From assembly GCA_964478705.1 (NCBI GenBank), contig CAYZIR010000003.1:17223-81222 (forward strand): 64,000 bases of DNA. The letters are read 5' to 3'. Each line of letters starts with the position of its first letter. The stretch's first letter is position 1. This document shows, piece by piece, positions 1 through 8,828 of this stretch. A model generated the notes under the pieces. The model saw only the letters and a program-made list of their open reading frames with translations, did not search any database and was not told where the DNA came from. The translations under genes and the position numbers were made by a program. Source of the stretch: an uncultured Candidatus Saccharibacteria bacterium. Lineage in GTDB: Bacteria; Patescibacteriota; Minisyncoccia; Phycocordibacterales; EsbW-18.

Positions 1-528
1 ACCACCAACGACCACCACACGAACGTTTGCATGACGCCCCGCTCGGATATGATCAGCAGCCGTGTCGAATTCATCGAGTACTGTATTCTTCAGTCTTTTT
101 GCGTCATCAAGATCCTTGAGTGTGAGCGAATTCTTTTCCGCGCCAGGTGTCCCGAAGAAATTCGTCGTTGAACCGATACCCATGATGAGGGTGTCGTACG
201 TGTACTCTTTTGAAATCTCAGGAGTCAGCGCAACCGTTATTCTTTTTGTATCGAGATTGACCGCTGTCACATACCCTTCAAGAAATTCACGCATGTATGG
301 GCCAAAGACATTACGAAGTGGATCAACGATACTGTCAGGACGAAGGAGTCCTGTCGCTACTTCGTGAATCATCGGGATGAATGTGAACGAATCCGATGGC
401 GACACGACGGTGATTTCAATACCATCTGATGCATGTGCATTTCGTATCAGCGTTAGATAGGTATGCAGTCCTGCAAACCCCATACCGACAATAACGATGT
501 GATGTTTCTTGTGTCCGTGTGATGCCAT
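1..528 (-). CDS. NAD(P)/FAD-dependent oxidoreductase, NDH-2-like (3' end runs off window)
   Basis: Manual translation MASHGHKKHHIVIVGMGFAGL...FTFIPMIHEVATG...YDTLIMGIGSTTNFFGTPG...VVVVGG shows two Rossmann motifs; not in the ORF track because it is truncated. Confidence 0.85.
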   Translation of the reverse strand, partial: MASHGHKKHHIVIVGMGFAGLHTYLTLIRNAHASDGIEITVVSPSDSFTFIPMIHEVATGLLRPDSIVDPLRNVFGPYMREFLEGYVTAVNLDTKRITVALTPEISKEYTYDTLIMGIGSTTNFFGTPGAEKNSLTLKDLDDAKRLKNTVLDEFDTAADHIRAGRHANVRVVVVGG

Positions 529-597
529 ACAAAAGACCATCATACCAGAAAACAAAAATCTCGTGAGCAAAAGAAAGCTACACGAGATCTATGACGT

Positions 598-1374
598 TTA
601 GATTGAAAGCTCAACTCCATGGGCAACGGCGCTCTGTTTGATCAATTCGCCGAATTGTCTTGGGCTACAGCCCGCTCCAAGCAAACCGAACGCCCATCGA
701 AAAGGATGCGAGGACTCCTCGAAGAGTCGATCAATGTCAGCCTTGCTAAAAAGCTTGAGTGGCAAGCTTGTCTCTTTTCGTCCAACTTCGAGGTCGAAAC
801 AAATGCCGAGCTGATCGTTGACCAAGCATTCGAACTGTACGATCTTCGATTTGTGCGGAGGGAGAGACTGCCAGACCTTGAAGATCGACTCTCTGTCGAG
901 AGACACAACCGTAATTTCAGTCCCTCCCACGACAGCTGGGAAAGAACCCCTGCAGTTGTGATCGAGGATGAGGACAAAACAGCTCGCATGACGGTAGCCG
1001 AGATGATCCCCCTTCAAGAGCTCAGCGAGATTACTCGGAAGACCTTCCGAAAGCCCACGATCCGCGAGCATGCGAGGACTTTCTTCACCTGTCGCATGGA
1101 AGCGAGCCCATTCTTTCGACTCGATGTCGTACGTCGTGCGAGTGACATGGTTGCTGTCATACAAACTGTGCTGGCATGTGCCACACAGAGCGACGCCGCA
1201 CGCGAGTCCTCCCATTTGGTCATCGCAGGATCGCACAGCTTTGTCTTTGCACGACGCACACAAGAGCTTTTCGTGCTGAGAGCACCACCCGTTGTCAGTC
1301 GGCTTTTTGCATGGGCTATAACCTTTCGCATTGAACTGGCAAGGGACTGACTCGGGCATCTGGACATCGGCCAT
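598..1374 (-). CDS. hypothetical protein with Cys/His-rich N-terminal zinc-finger-like region
   Basis: 258 aa ORF, strong SD (GAGGAGG) upstream, 9 Cys in the first 70 aa. Confidence 0.7.
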   Translation of the reverse strand: MADVQMPESVPCQFNAKGYSPCKKPTDNGWCSQHEKLLCASCKDKAVRSCDDQMGGLACGVALCGTCQHSLYDSNHVTRTTYDIESKEWARFHATGEESPRMLADRGLSEGLPSNLAELLKGDHLGYRHASCFVLILDHNCRGSFPAVVGGTEITVVSLDRESIFKVWQSLPPHKSKIVQFECLVNDQLGICFDLEVGRKETSLPLKLFSKADIDRLFEESSHPFRWAFGLLGAGCSPRQFGELIKQSAVAHGVELSI

Positions 1375-1657
1375 CCTGTTCCTCCTCTTTCAGTCGTCGG
1401 TTGTTACTGTTCCGAGTCAGACAGTACATGACTCTCTAATGGATATCAATATTGAATTACATAGTTGTGGATTACAGATAGGTATGAGTACACATATCCT
1501 TCTGAAACTGATGTACCTGAAACTAAAATAACCTTTCATAGAGCCGTTTTTTGTCGAAAATAAAATCTTTATGAAATCCATTTTCCCCAAGGACTGGACA
1601 GGAAGAGAGCCAAGCGTATAATGCCCACCAATACATTTAACAATTCACACAACCACT

Positions 1658-2332
1658 ATGCGCGCTCTTGTGATCGAAGATGATCAGTACATTGCAGAAG
1701 CGCTTTCGACAGCGCTTAAGAATGAGCGTCTCCTGGTTGAAACGGCTCCCGATGGCGACACGGGGGCCTTTTTTGCAACCACCAATGACTACGACATCAT
1801 TCTTTTGGATACGATGTTGCCAAAAAAGAACGGTGCGGAGGTGTGTCGTCAAATCCGAGAATCCGGCAAGACAACAGCGATTCTCTCAATCTCAGCGAAA
1901 TCCGACCCACATACAAAAACAGAATTACTCGATGCGGGCGTCGACGACTACATAGGAAAGCCGTTTGTTATGGAAGAGGTACTTGCGCGCGTTCGCGCAC
2001 TCCTACGACGCCCACGACAACTCACCGGAAGCACACTCTCTATCGCCGATCTTATCCTTGATACACGAACTCAAAAAACAGAGCGTGGCACACAACAAAT
2101 ACACCTCACACGCAAAGAGTTTATGTTACTCGAATACTTTATGCGTAATATTGGAACGGTTTTGTCACGGGGCATGCTGATGGAGCATGTGTGGGATATG
2201 TCGATCGATCCATTTTCGAACACTATCGAGGCGCATATCATGACGTTGCGTAAAAAAATTCACGTACGAGGGAAACCCACGCTCATACACACAGTATCCG
2301 GAAGGGGCTATAAACTCGCCATCGCCGAATAA
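1658..2332 (+). CDS. OmpR/PhoB-family response regulator
   Basis: LVIEDD, IILLD, DDYIGKPF receiver motifs; winged-helix IHTVSGRGY. Confidence 0.95.
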   Translation: MRALVIEDDQYIAEALSTALKNERLLVETAPDGDTGAFFATTNDYDIILLDTMLPKKNGAEVCRQIRESGKTTAILSISAKSDPHTKTELLDAGVDDYIGKPFVMEEVLARVRALLRRPRQLTGSTLSIADLILDTRTQKTERGTQQIHLTRKEFMLLEYFMRNIGTVLSRGMLMEHVWDMSIDPFSNTIEAHIMTLRKKIHVRGKPTLIHTVSGRGYKLAIAE

Positions 2333-2336
2333 CACC

Positions 2337-3302
2337 ATGATGACACCACGACAAACAACAAAAGAAACAAGTGGTGTCATCGCCTCCCCCATATCCCACG
2401 ATGAGGCACTTGCTGACATCGCGCACGGACTCCAAACGCCTATAGCAGCTCTGATAGCGCATCTTGAAATTCTCGCCAAAAAAAGGCCACGAACCCGTGA
2501 AATAAAAATATGTTCCGCCATCGCCCATGATATGGGAGACATGGTTCGTGACTTGGTTCGCCTTGCACGAGCAGATACCACTGTTCGCACGAGCGTTCGT
2601 GAAATCATTGATATAGGCGCATTGGTGCGTTCGTTGGTTGAGTATGTAGAGGTGCTGGCACGAGCGCAAGGTATTGCACTCCACGTTGATATCGCTGAAG
2701 GTATATTAGTCTGTGGTGCACGAAAACAAATTGAAGATGTGATATTGAATCTCATCGGCAACAGTATCAAGTATATGGATCCAGCGTTACGCGGGAAAAA
2801 CATGATCAAAATAATGATTGCTCACGACGATTCGTATTGCCGAATTATCATCAAAGACAACGGAATTGGAATTGATGCAAACGAATTGCCCCATGTCTTC
2901 ACGCGCTTCTATAGAACGCGAGCCGGCAGTAAACAAGCGACAGGATCAGGACTTGGTCTTGCAATAACAAAAAAGACCATCGAAGCTCACGATGGATCAA
3001 TCGAAATTAAAAGTGCGTCCGGTATTGGCACCTGTGTATTTTGTTCCTTTCCGCTTTTTGCGCCTCGCTTACCCCTTTCGAAGTGTGTCGCTCACCACAG
3101 TACCATCCTCGAGCTCAATGATACGGTCTGCAAAGACAGCGTATTCGGGTTCATGGGTCACCATAACAATCGTTTGCCCGTTGCGCTTGTGAAGATCCTG
3201 CATAACGTTGATGACGCTCTCTCCGGATACACTATCAAGATTCGCCGTTGGTTCGTCAGCGAAAAGTATATCTGGCGATTCAGCAATCGCACGGGCGATT
3301 GA
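2337..3302 (+). CDS. histidine kinase lacking a sensor domain
   Basis: H-box IAHGLQTP, N-box NLIGNSIKY, DNGIGI, F-box, GSGLGL; the 3' end overlaps the next gene antisense. Confidence 0.85.
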   Translation: MMTPRQTTKETSGVIASPISHDEALADIAHGLQTPIAALIAHLEILAKKRPRTREIKICSAIAHDMGDMVRDLVRLARADTTVRTSVREIIDIGALVRSLVEYVEVLARAQGIALHVDIAEGILVCGARKQIEDVILNLIGNSIKYMDPALRGKNMIKIMIAHDDSYCRIIIKDNGIGIDANELPHVFTRFYRTRAGSKQATGSGLGLAITKKTIEAHDGSIEIKSASGIGTCVFCSFPLFAPRLPLSKCVAHHSTILELNDTVCKDSVFGFMGHHNNRLPVALVKILHNVDDALSGYTIKIRRWFVSEKYIWRFSNRTGD

Positions 3303-3761
3303 TACACGCTGCTGTTCACCGCCAGACAACTGGCTTGGATGATTCGCATGGCGGTGTGCAAGACCAACTGCATCAAGCGCTTTAATCGATTTTTGAACCG
3401 CTTCTTCACGCGATAGCCCGTCCATCATAAGCGGTATTGCCACGTTATCAACCGCAGTGAGCTCCGGTAGGAGCGCATAGTCTTGAAAAATATAGCCCAA
3501 ACGTTTCAAACGAAATGTGGTGCGTTCGCTTTCTGTAAATTGCTCAGTATCGATGCCGTCAAGAATCACTTTACCTGTCGTCGGCTCATCGAGGAGACTC
3601 ATCTGATACATCAACGTTGATTTGCCCGCACCGGACTTCCCCATAATCGCAACAAATTGGCCTTTTGGAATTTCAAGCGTAATGCCACGAAGCACCCGCG
3701 TGATGACATCACCCTTACCGTAATTTTTTGTGAGGTTTTCTACTTTGATCATACGGTTCAT
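3069..3761 (-). CDS. ABC transporter ATP-binding protein (LolD/MacB-like)
   Basis: GKSGAGKS, LSGGEQQR, ILFADEPT, VTH. Confidence 0.95.
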   Translation of the reverse strand: MNRMIKVENLTKNYGKGDVITRVLRGITLEIPKGQFVAIMGKSGAGKSTLMYQMSLLDEPTTGKVILDGIDTEQFTESERTTFRLKRLGYIFQDYALLPELTAVDNVAIPLMMDGLSREEAVQKSIKALDAVGLAHRHANHPSQLSGGEQQRVSIARAIAESPDILFADEPTANLDSVSGESVINVMQDLHKRNGQTIVMVTHEPEYAVFADRIIELEDGTVVSDTLRKG

Positions 3762-5027
3762 TTAACGCCCAAGAATCGCATCAAGCGTGTTTCGTTTGAT
3801 AATCATCCACGCCGGAATATATCCTGCAATCAGGGTCGCAACGATGAGTATAGTGAGTTTAATCAACGTACTTGAAATTGGAGCGACAAGAATACCATCG
3901 GAAAATGGAAAATTAATTGGATGTGTATTAAAAAACGGCACCAATAATCCGTAGATAATAATCAGAGCGAGTCCTGATCCGATAATAGCGTACAACAATG
4001 ATTGGATAACATAGGACAATTCAATCGCGCCCGCGCGCACACCGATACCTTTTAGAATACCTATATACTTTCTGCGTGTAATTGCATTCACGAAGATTAC
4101 GATGAAGATGGTGATTGATGAAACCATCAGACCAACAGAGCTAATGCCATTACCGAGCATCGCAAACGTGTTGATCATATCGAGCAGGAACTGTGGCAAT
4201 CCTTCGCGTGAGAGACGTACAAGAGCAGATTCCCCTGCACCACTCGCAAGGAGCGCCTGTTTGATCGTTGCCGGGTCATGACCTTCATCAACACGAATCG
4301 CAATCTCATTCATATTAAGATTGGTACGCCCCGAGACACGTATAAATTCTCCCTTTGTCACAAACACACGGCGTGAAATCTCATCAACTTTTGTCTTTAA
4401 AATTCCTTTGACGATATACTCCTTTGTTGCATCGCCAACCGTCACGCGAATACGGCTCCCTGGCTTTACGTTTGAGAGAGTTGGATATCCGACATCATCA
4501 CCTTGTCCCAATGGGGAATACTGTTCGAGCAGATTCGCACCGAGCATCACATACCCACCATCCTGGTTGGTCAAATATGAACCTTCAATCACACTGTCAG
4601 CAAGGCCTGTCACAATGTTTTCGATGTCAGGATCGAAGCCAACAATTGTCGTTCCGACAGCGTCACGGAGTGCTTTAGGATCGCGACGCTCGCGGTAGTT
4701 CGCTTCGAGCGTTACTCCTTCAGTGAATCGCGCGCTGTACGCCTCGATACCAGGGATGGTTTCAAGCGTTGTGATAAGCGTTGGCGTTTGTTCAATATAT
4801 TTTTCACCTGCAGGTGTTGTGATAAAGACGTTCCCTGTGAATTGATCTTCGTACGTCTTTACCGACCCTTCAATCAATCCGACCAAAATTCCTGAAACTG
4901 CTACTAGGTTCAAGAACGTCAACATCATGATGAAGATGATGAGTGTCGTGGTCCAAATACTTGCATGACGAATCTGCTTCCATCCGAGCAAGAATCCGAC
5001 TCGTAGTGTGTCTCGGAATACAGACAT
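3762..5027 (-). CDS. ABC transporter permease (FtsX/MacB-like)
   Basis: N-terminal TM, periplasmic domain, RRKYIGILKGIG plus three TM; start reassigned to MSVFRD. Confidence 0.9.
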   Translation of the reverse strand: MSVFRDTLRVGFLLGWKQIRHASIWTTTLIIFIMMLTFLNLVAVSGILVGLIEGSVKTYEDQFTGNVFITTPAGEKYIEQTPTLITTLETIPGIEAYSARFTEGVTLEANYRERRDPKALRDAVGTTIVGFDPDIENIVTGLADSVIEGSYLTNQDGGYVMLGANLLEQYSPLGQGDDVGYPTLSNVKPGSRIRVTVGDATKEYIVKGILKTKVDEISRRVFVTKGEFIRVSGRTNLNMNEIAIRVDEGHDPATIKQALLASGAGESALVRLSREGLPQFLLDMINTFAMLGNGISSVGLMVSSITIFIVIFVNAITRRKYIGILKGIGVRAGAIELSYVIQSLLYAIIGSGLALIIIYGLLVPFFNTHPINFPFSDGILVAPISSTLIKLTILIVATLIAGYIPAWMIIKRNTLDAILGR

Positions 5028-5031
5028 AGTG

Positions 5032-6474
5032 TTATTCGGGGATGAGCACACTCTGTCCTTCCACCAAACCAGCTGTAACCTCGACGAAGCCATCACTGCC
5101 ACGAAGACCCATACCTACAGTAATCCCCCTTTCTTCATCACCCTCAAGAACGGTGACGTACGCTGTACCATCTTCGCGAAAACGAAATGCACGTATAGGG
5201 AGTGCGAGGACATCGTCACGTCTATTGGTTATAATCACAACATCTGCGGTCATGCCAGATGCAATACGAGGATCTTGGTTCTCAAATGCGAGACGTGCTT
5301 CATACACCGCGATATCGTCAACTAAGGTTTCAGTGCGATTGACCGATACAACACGCGCAGGAAGCACTTCCTCTGCACCAAGTGCATCGAGTGTAATGCT
5401 TGCCAAATTACCGTTTTTGACTTTGATACTATCGATTTCCGGAAGATCAATTTCAATACCAAACCCGTCGTTTGAAATCATAGATACAACTTTAGTATTG
5501 CTTCCGACTGACTCACCGGGATCAACATCAACCGAAGTGACAACGCCGTCAAAAGGGGCTGAAAGAATCCGTTGGCTAATGAGTGCTTGGATTCGTGCAA
5601 CTTCTGCCTCAGCCTGCGCCAATTCCGCTTCCGCAATTGAAACACCAGACTCTTGGGCACGGAGTTCCGTTTGCGCCTCATCAAGAGCCCTGTCGCGTTC
5701 ACGAAGTGCATCTTGGTATGCGCTATAGTTTGTTGCGTACGAGTCTCCGTTTTTGTTTGGAATGGTGATATACCAAATCGTATTGTGGTAACTTGATGGA
5801 TCGCCAGAAAAGAGTATTGAAAGTCCGTGCGTACCAATGGCCGTCGCCCCAGTATCACGTACTCGGATTGGTTCTGGTTTTTCGAGACCGAACACATACA
5901 TATCAGTCTCTCCATTTTGCAATGCTGACTTAAGATTGATTTTGTACGTGCCTTCAATTCCCTTCGTATAACGCCCACTTACCACTGGTGGCGTTTGTGT
6001 ATAACTCGGGCTTTGAGGTTCTGCGATAAGATCATCAGAGAGAAGTTCTGAGAGTGCATTTTGAACGAGCGTATCCTGTTTTTCTTTGATTGCATCAAGA
6101 TTGATTGTCGTATTGGCGACATTCGCACGCTTGATGGCAACCTGCGCTTGTGCGGACTGAAGTTCCGCCACCAATGTCCCGAGACTCAACGATACCAATG
6201 TCTGCCCTCGGTATACCTGATCATTTACTGCAACCGCAACCTCACGGACAATACCTGACGTTTCAAACCCAACATCAGATACAATCCGTGCCTCAACCGT
6301 TCCTGAAACGCGCACTTCTTCAATGATATCTCGACGAATAACCGCAAGAGTCTCTCCTTCACCAGTGCCATTGCCACCAAAGACAATCGTGCCAATCACC
6401 ACAAGCGCCACAGCACCACTAACCATGTAGGAAAGCTTTTTATGAGCCTGTATATATGTTCGTATTCGTTGCAT
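5032..6474 (-). CDS. efflux periplasmic adaptor subunit (MacA/HlyD-like)
   Basis: TM anchor, lipoyl half-motifs (SGIVREVAV; LSAPFDGVV), coiled coil, GMTADV. Confidence 0.9.
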   Translation of the reverse strand: MQRIRTYIQAHKKLSYMVSGAVALVVIGTIVFGGNGTGEGETLAVIRRDIIEEVRVSGTVEARIVSDVGFETSGIVREVAVAVNDQVYRGQTLVSLSLGTLVAELQSAQAQVAIKRANVANTTINLDAIKEKQDTLVQNALSELLSDDLIAEPQSPSYTQTPPVVSGRYTKGIEGTYKINLKSALQNGETDMYVFGLEKPEPIRVRDTGATAIGTHGLSILFSGDPSSYHNTIWYITIPNKNGDSYATNYSAYQDALRERDRALDEAQTELRAQESGVSIAEAELAQAEAEVARIQALISQRILSAPFDGVVTSVDVDPGESVGSNTKVVSMISNDGFGIEIDLPEIDSIKVKNGNLASITLDALGAEEVLPARVVSVNRTETLVDDIAVYEARLAFENQDPRIASGMTADVVIITNRRDDVLALPIRAFRFREDGTAYVTVLEGDEERGITVGMGLRGSDGFVEVTAGLVEGQSVLIPE

Positions 6475-6522
6475 AGAATACTAGACTACCACAAAAAACC
6501 CCTACACGGAAAGGTTTTTTAG

Positions 6523-6987
6523 TTATAGGTGACAGACACCACCGCCATTTTTTACAAAATATTTTTGGTGATATTCCTCTGCTGGGTAAAAGAGTGTTGC
6601 CGTTGTCACCTCGGTTGCGATTGGCTCTACACTCTTTTTCTGCTCTTCTGCACGCACCCGCTTCGCTTCACCCTCCTGCTCAGATGTCGTTGTAAAGATT
6701 GCTGACCGATATTGCGACCCGATGTCCGGACCCTGTCGATTCACCTGTGTTGCATCATGAATGCTAAAAAACTTTTGAAGAATATCGGTGTATGAAATCG
6801 TTTCAGGATCAAACACAATCTGCACTGCTTCAGCGTGTCCTGTTGTGTCAGAACAAACATCTTTGTATGTCGGGTTTTTGGTGTGGCCGCCGGTGTACCC
6901 AACAGTTGTTTCAAGGACACCTGGAAGCACGCGAAAGGCTTCTTCAACTCCCCAGAAACATCCCGCGGCAACGATCGCTGTTTCCAT
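6523..6987 (-). CDS. msrA: peptide-methionine (S)-S-oxide reductase
   Basis: GCFWG, GHAEAV, RQGPDIGSQYRS, AEEYHQKY. Confidence 0.97.
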   Translation of the reverse strand: METAIVAAGCFWGVEEAFRVLPGVLETTVGYTGGHTKNPTYKDVCSDTTGHAEAVQIVFDPETISYTDILQKFFSIHDATQVNRQGPDIGSQYRSAIFTTTSEQEGEAKRVRAEEQKKSVEPIATEVTTATLFYPAEEYHQKYFVKNGGGVCHL

Positions 6988-7001
6988 GGTAGGAGAAAAA
7001 A

Positions 7002-7634
7002 TTATGATGCGTCTTTTGATACAGGAACAATGTGTTCAAAGAGCGTCGTACTTTTCCGAGAGATATTGAAGAGAATAGCGACCGTAAAGAGAAAGAGCGA
7101 GATTTCGGTACTCCAAAAACTCACAATGATCGCACATGCGGCAGTATAGACGGGAAAGAGGATACGAATCGTGCCATGCTGTGTCTCTGATGGCGACATT
7201 TCGAGATTTCTAATCGTTGGTGCACCAATAACATACTGACGCATCATGTAGAGCAAGAGGCCGATGATGATGATGTGTACTCCGTAGATAGCGATAGCTG
7301 CTTGGGTATCGTGATATCGCCCGAGCAAGAGCGTTGTAAAAGGAACCAATCCAACGAATAAGAAGAAAAATGCATTCAGCGTGGCAAACGCGTTATCGAT
7401 ATTCTTCGCAAGAACCGATGCAATATGGTGATGCCCGCGCCAATAGGTAAACAGAAGCATGAATGACAGAAGATAACTTAAGAAAAGTGGAGTCACTGAG
7501 ATGAAGGCTCGAAAGACATCGGCATTGGTGGAGACTCCTTCAATAAGTGGAACACGAATCTCGAGAACCAAAAGCGTCATAACAATTGCAAAAATCCCAT
7601 CAGATAATTGATCAAGGCGTGATTGTTTCATCAT
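7002..7634 (-). CDS. TMEM175-family potassium channel
   Basis: RLDQLSDGIFAIVMTLL motif, W..HH, six TM; start reassigned to MMKQSR. Confidence 0.9.
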   Translation of the reverse strand: MMKQSRLDQLSDGIFAIVMTLLVLEIRVPLIEGVSTNADVFRAFISVTPLFLSYLLSFMLLFTYWRGHHHIASVLAKNIDNAFATLNAFFFLFVGLVPFTTLLLGRYHDTQAAIAIYGVHIIIIGLLLYMMRQYVIGAPTIRNLEMSPSETQHGTIRILFPVYTAACAIIVSFWSTEISLFLFTVAILFNISRKSTTLFEHIVPVSKDAS

Positions 7635-7695
7635 ATGTATAGAGTATACAGAGCCGAGCGCGCAGAAACAAAGCACCGTTACATACAATGACCTC

Positions 7696-7848
7696 CTCCC
7701 CGCACTCCACTTCGCTCCGTACGGGGTTTCCTTATGAAGGTGCACTTTGTGCAAGACAGTCCGGATTCGCTTCGCGAACCGGTGCAAGGTTCCATTCATC
7801 CCCGGACTGCGGAAGCCCCACGTCTTCCTTGTCCGGGGTTTCCTGGTA
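7696..7848. other. GC-rich multi-hairpin intergenic region, candidate structured RNA or REP cluster
   Basis: Two CCCCG...CGGGGTTTCCT units flank two smaller hairpins; TACAAT at 7684-7689. Confidence 0.45.
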
Positions 7849-7851
7849 TTG

Positions 7852-7888
7852 AAAAACACCTCACCCTATAAGGATGAGGTGTTTTTTT
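7852..7888. terminator. bidirectional intrinsic terminator
   Basis: AAAAACACCTCA...TGAGGTGTTTTT. Confidence 0.8.
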
Positions 7889-7893
7889 GTTTC

Positions 7894-8049
7894 TTAGAGC
7901 TCTGCGTTAACATCGACAACATCGCTTTCTTCAGTCGTTGGCTCAACAGGAGCGGCATTTTGGTATGTTTTGTACCACCAAACACCGAATCCTACGAGCA
8001 CAACGAGAATGACAACGAGTATAATCGTATTGGTATTTCCTTTTTTCAT
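7894..8049 (-). CDS. small membrane protein with prepilin-like N-terminus
   Basis: MKKGNTNTIILVVILVVLVGFGVWW followed by an acidic tail. Confidence 0.7.
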   Translation of the reverse strand: MKKGNTNTIILVVILVVLVGFGVWWYKTYQNAAPVEPTTEESDVVDVNAEL

Positions 8050-8071
8050 ACTGGGTGTAAAAACTAATAAA

Positions 8072-8485
8072 CTATTTTTTCTTTCCGACCTTTTTTGATG
8101 GTGAGTTTCGTACCGCTTTCTTGACGTGCGCAGTGCCCTTTCGTGCAGAGGCTTTCGTCGAGGCAACAATCGAACGCCATGTCTTTTTCAGCTCTTCCGC
8201 AAGTGCAACAACCTCTTTTTTCGAAGATCCGTAATCCTTTGCATACTTCGCCGCAACCGCGTCAACCAAATTATTGTAGACCGGCTCACTGACATCCTTA
8301 AGTTTTTCAATTCGCTCAACGACTTCTCCTTTCATTTTGATACTCCAGCCTTTTACTTGTTTGCGGTGTTGTTTCCCTTTGGGTCCGAGAAAGTAGTATG
8401 ACGCTGCTGCAAGTGCTGCGATGCCTGCTCCGATAGCAAGTGTGTTCCCTGCTGCTGACTTTGACGATGGTTTCTTATGATTCAT
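8072..8485 (-). CDS. YtxH-like protein
   Basis: GAGIAALAAASYYFLGPKGKQHR followed by a helical basic tail. Confidence 0.75.
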   Translation of the reverse strand: MNHKKPSSKSAAGNTLAIGAGIAALAAASYYFLGPKGKQHRKQVKGWSIKMKGEVVERIEKLKDVSEPVYNNLVDAVAAKYAKDYGSSKKEVVALAEELKKTWRSIVASTKASARKGTAHVKKAVRNSPSKKVGKKK

Positions 8486-8522
8486 GGTTGTGAGTGATTA
8501 GGTAGTAAGAGTGCTGTTTCAA

Positions 8523-8789
8523 CTAGAGGTCTTCGCTTTTTTGTTTCTTCTCTTTTCGCTTCGGACGCTTTGCTTTCTCACGACCACTAAAGAGAAATCG
8601 GAGGAACGGTATGCCGCGCAATGAATCCTCGAGAGACGCAATATTATCGGACAATCGTTCGGCAATCGACTGGACAGTCTTCACCAAACGAAACACATGG
8701 AAGAGAAGAAACGCGACGAATGCGGTGAGGATAATAACCGCACACGTTGTGACAAAAAAGAAAATGTCCGATGTCAAAACACTGTCCAT
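8523..8789 (-). CDS. small membrane protein (DUF948-like)
   Basis: TM helix plus coiled coil, adjacent to the YtxH-like gene. Confidence 0.7.
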   Translation of the reverse strand: MDSVLTSDIFFFVTTCAVIILTAFVAFLLFHVFRLVKTVQSIAERLSDNIASLEDSLRGIPFLRFLFSGREKAKRPKRKEKKQKSEDL

Positions 8790-8828
8790 AGGGACAGTGT
8801 AGCAGAGTCGGCCGACGTGCGAAGTGGA

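Noticed and set aside
619-1350. 243-aa plus-strand ORF and other long antisense ORFs (for example 5042-5728, 53715-54326)
   Set aside because: They are shadow frames of better-supported opposite-strand genes and have no motifs.
7635-7859. c-di-AMP (ydaO) riboswitch or N-terminal extension of TMEM175
   Set aside because: I could not match the ydaO consensus, and the channel gene has its own TATACT just upstream of the ATG; kept only as an unclassified structured region.
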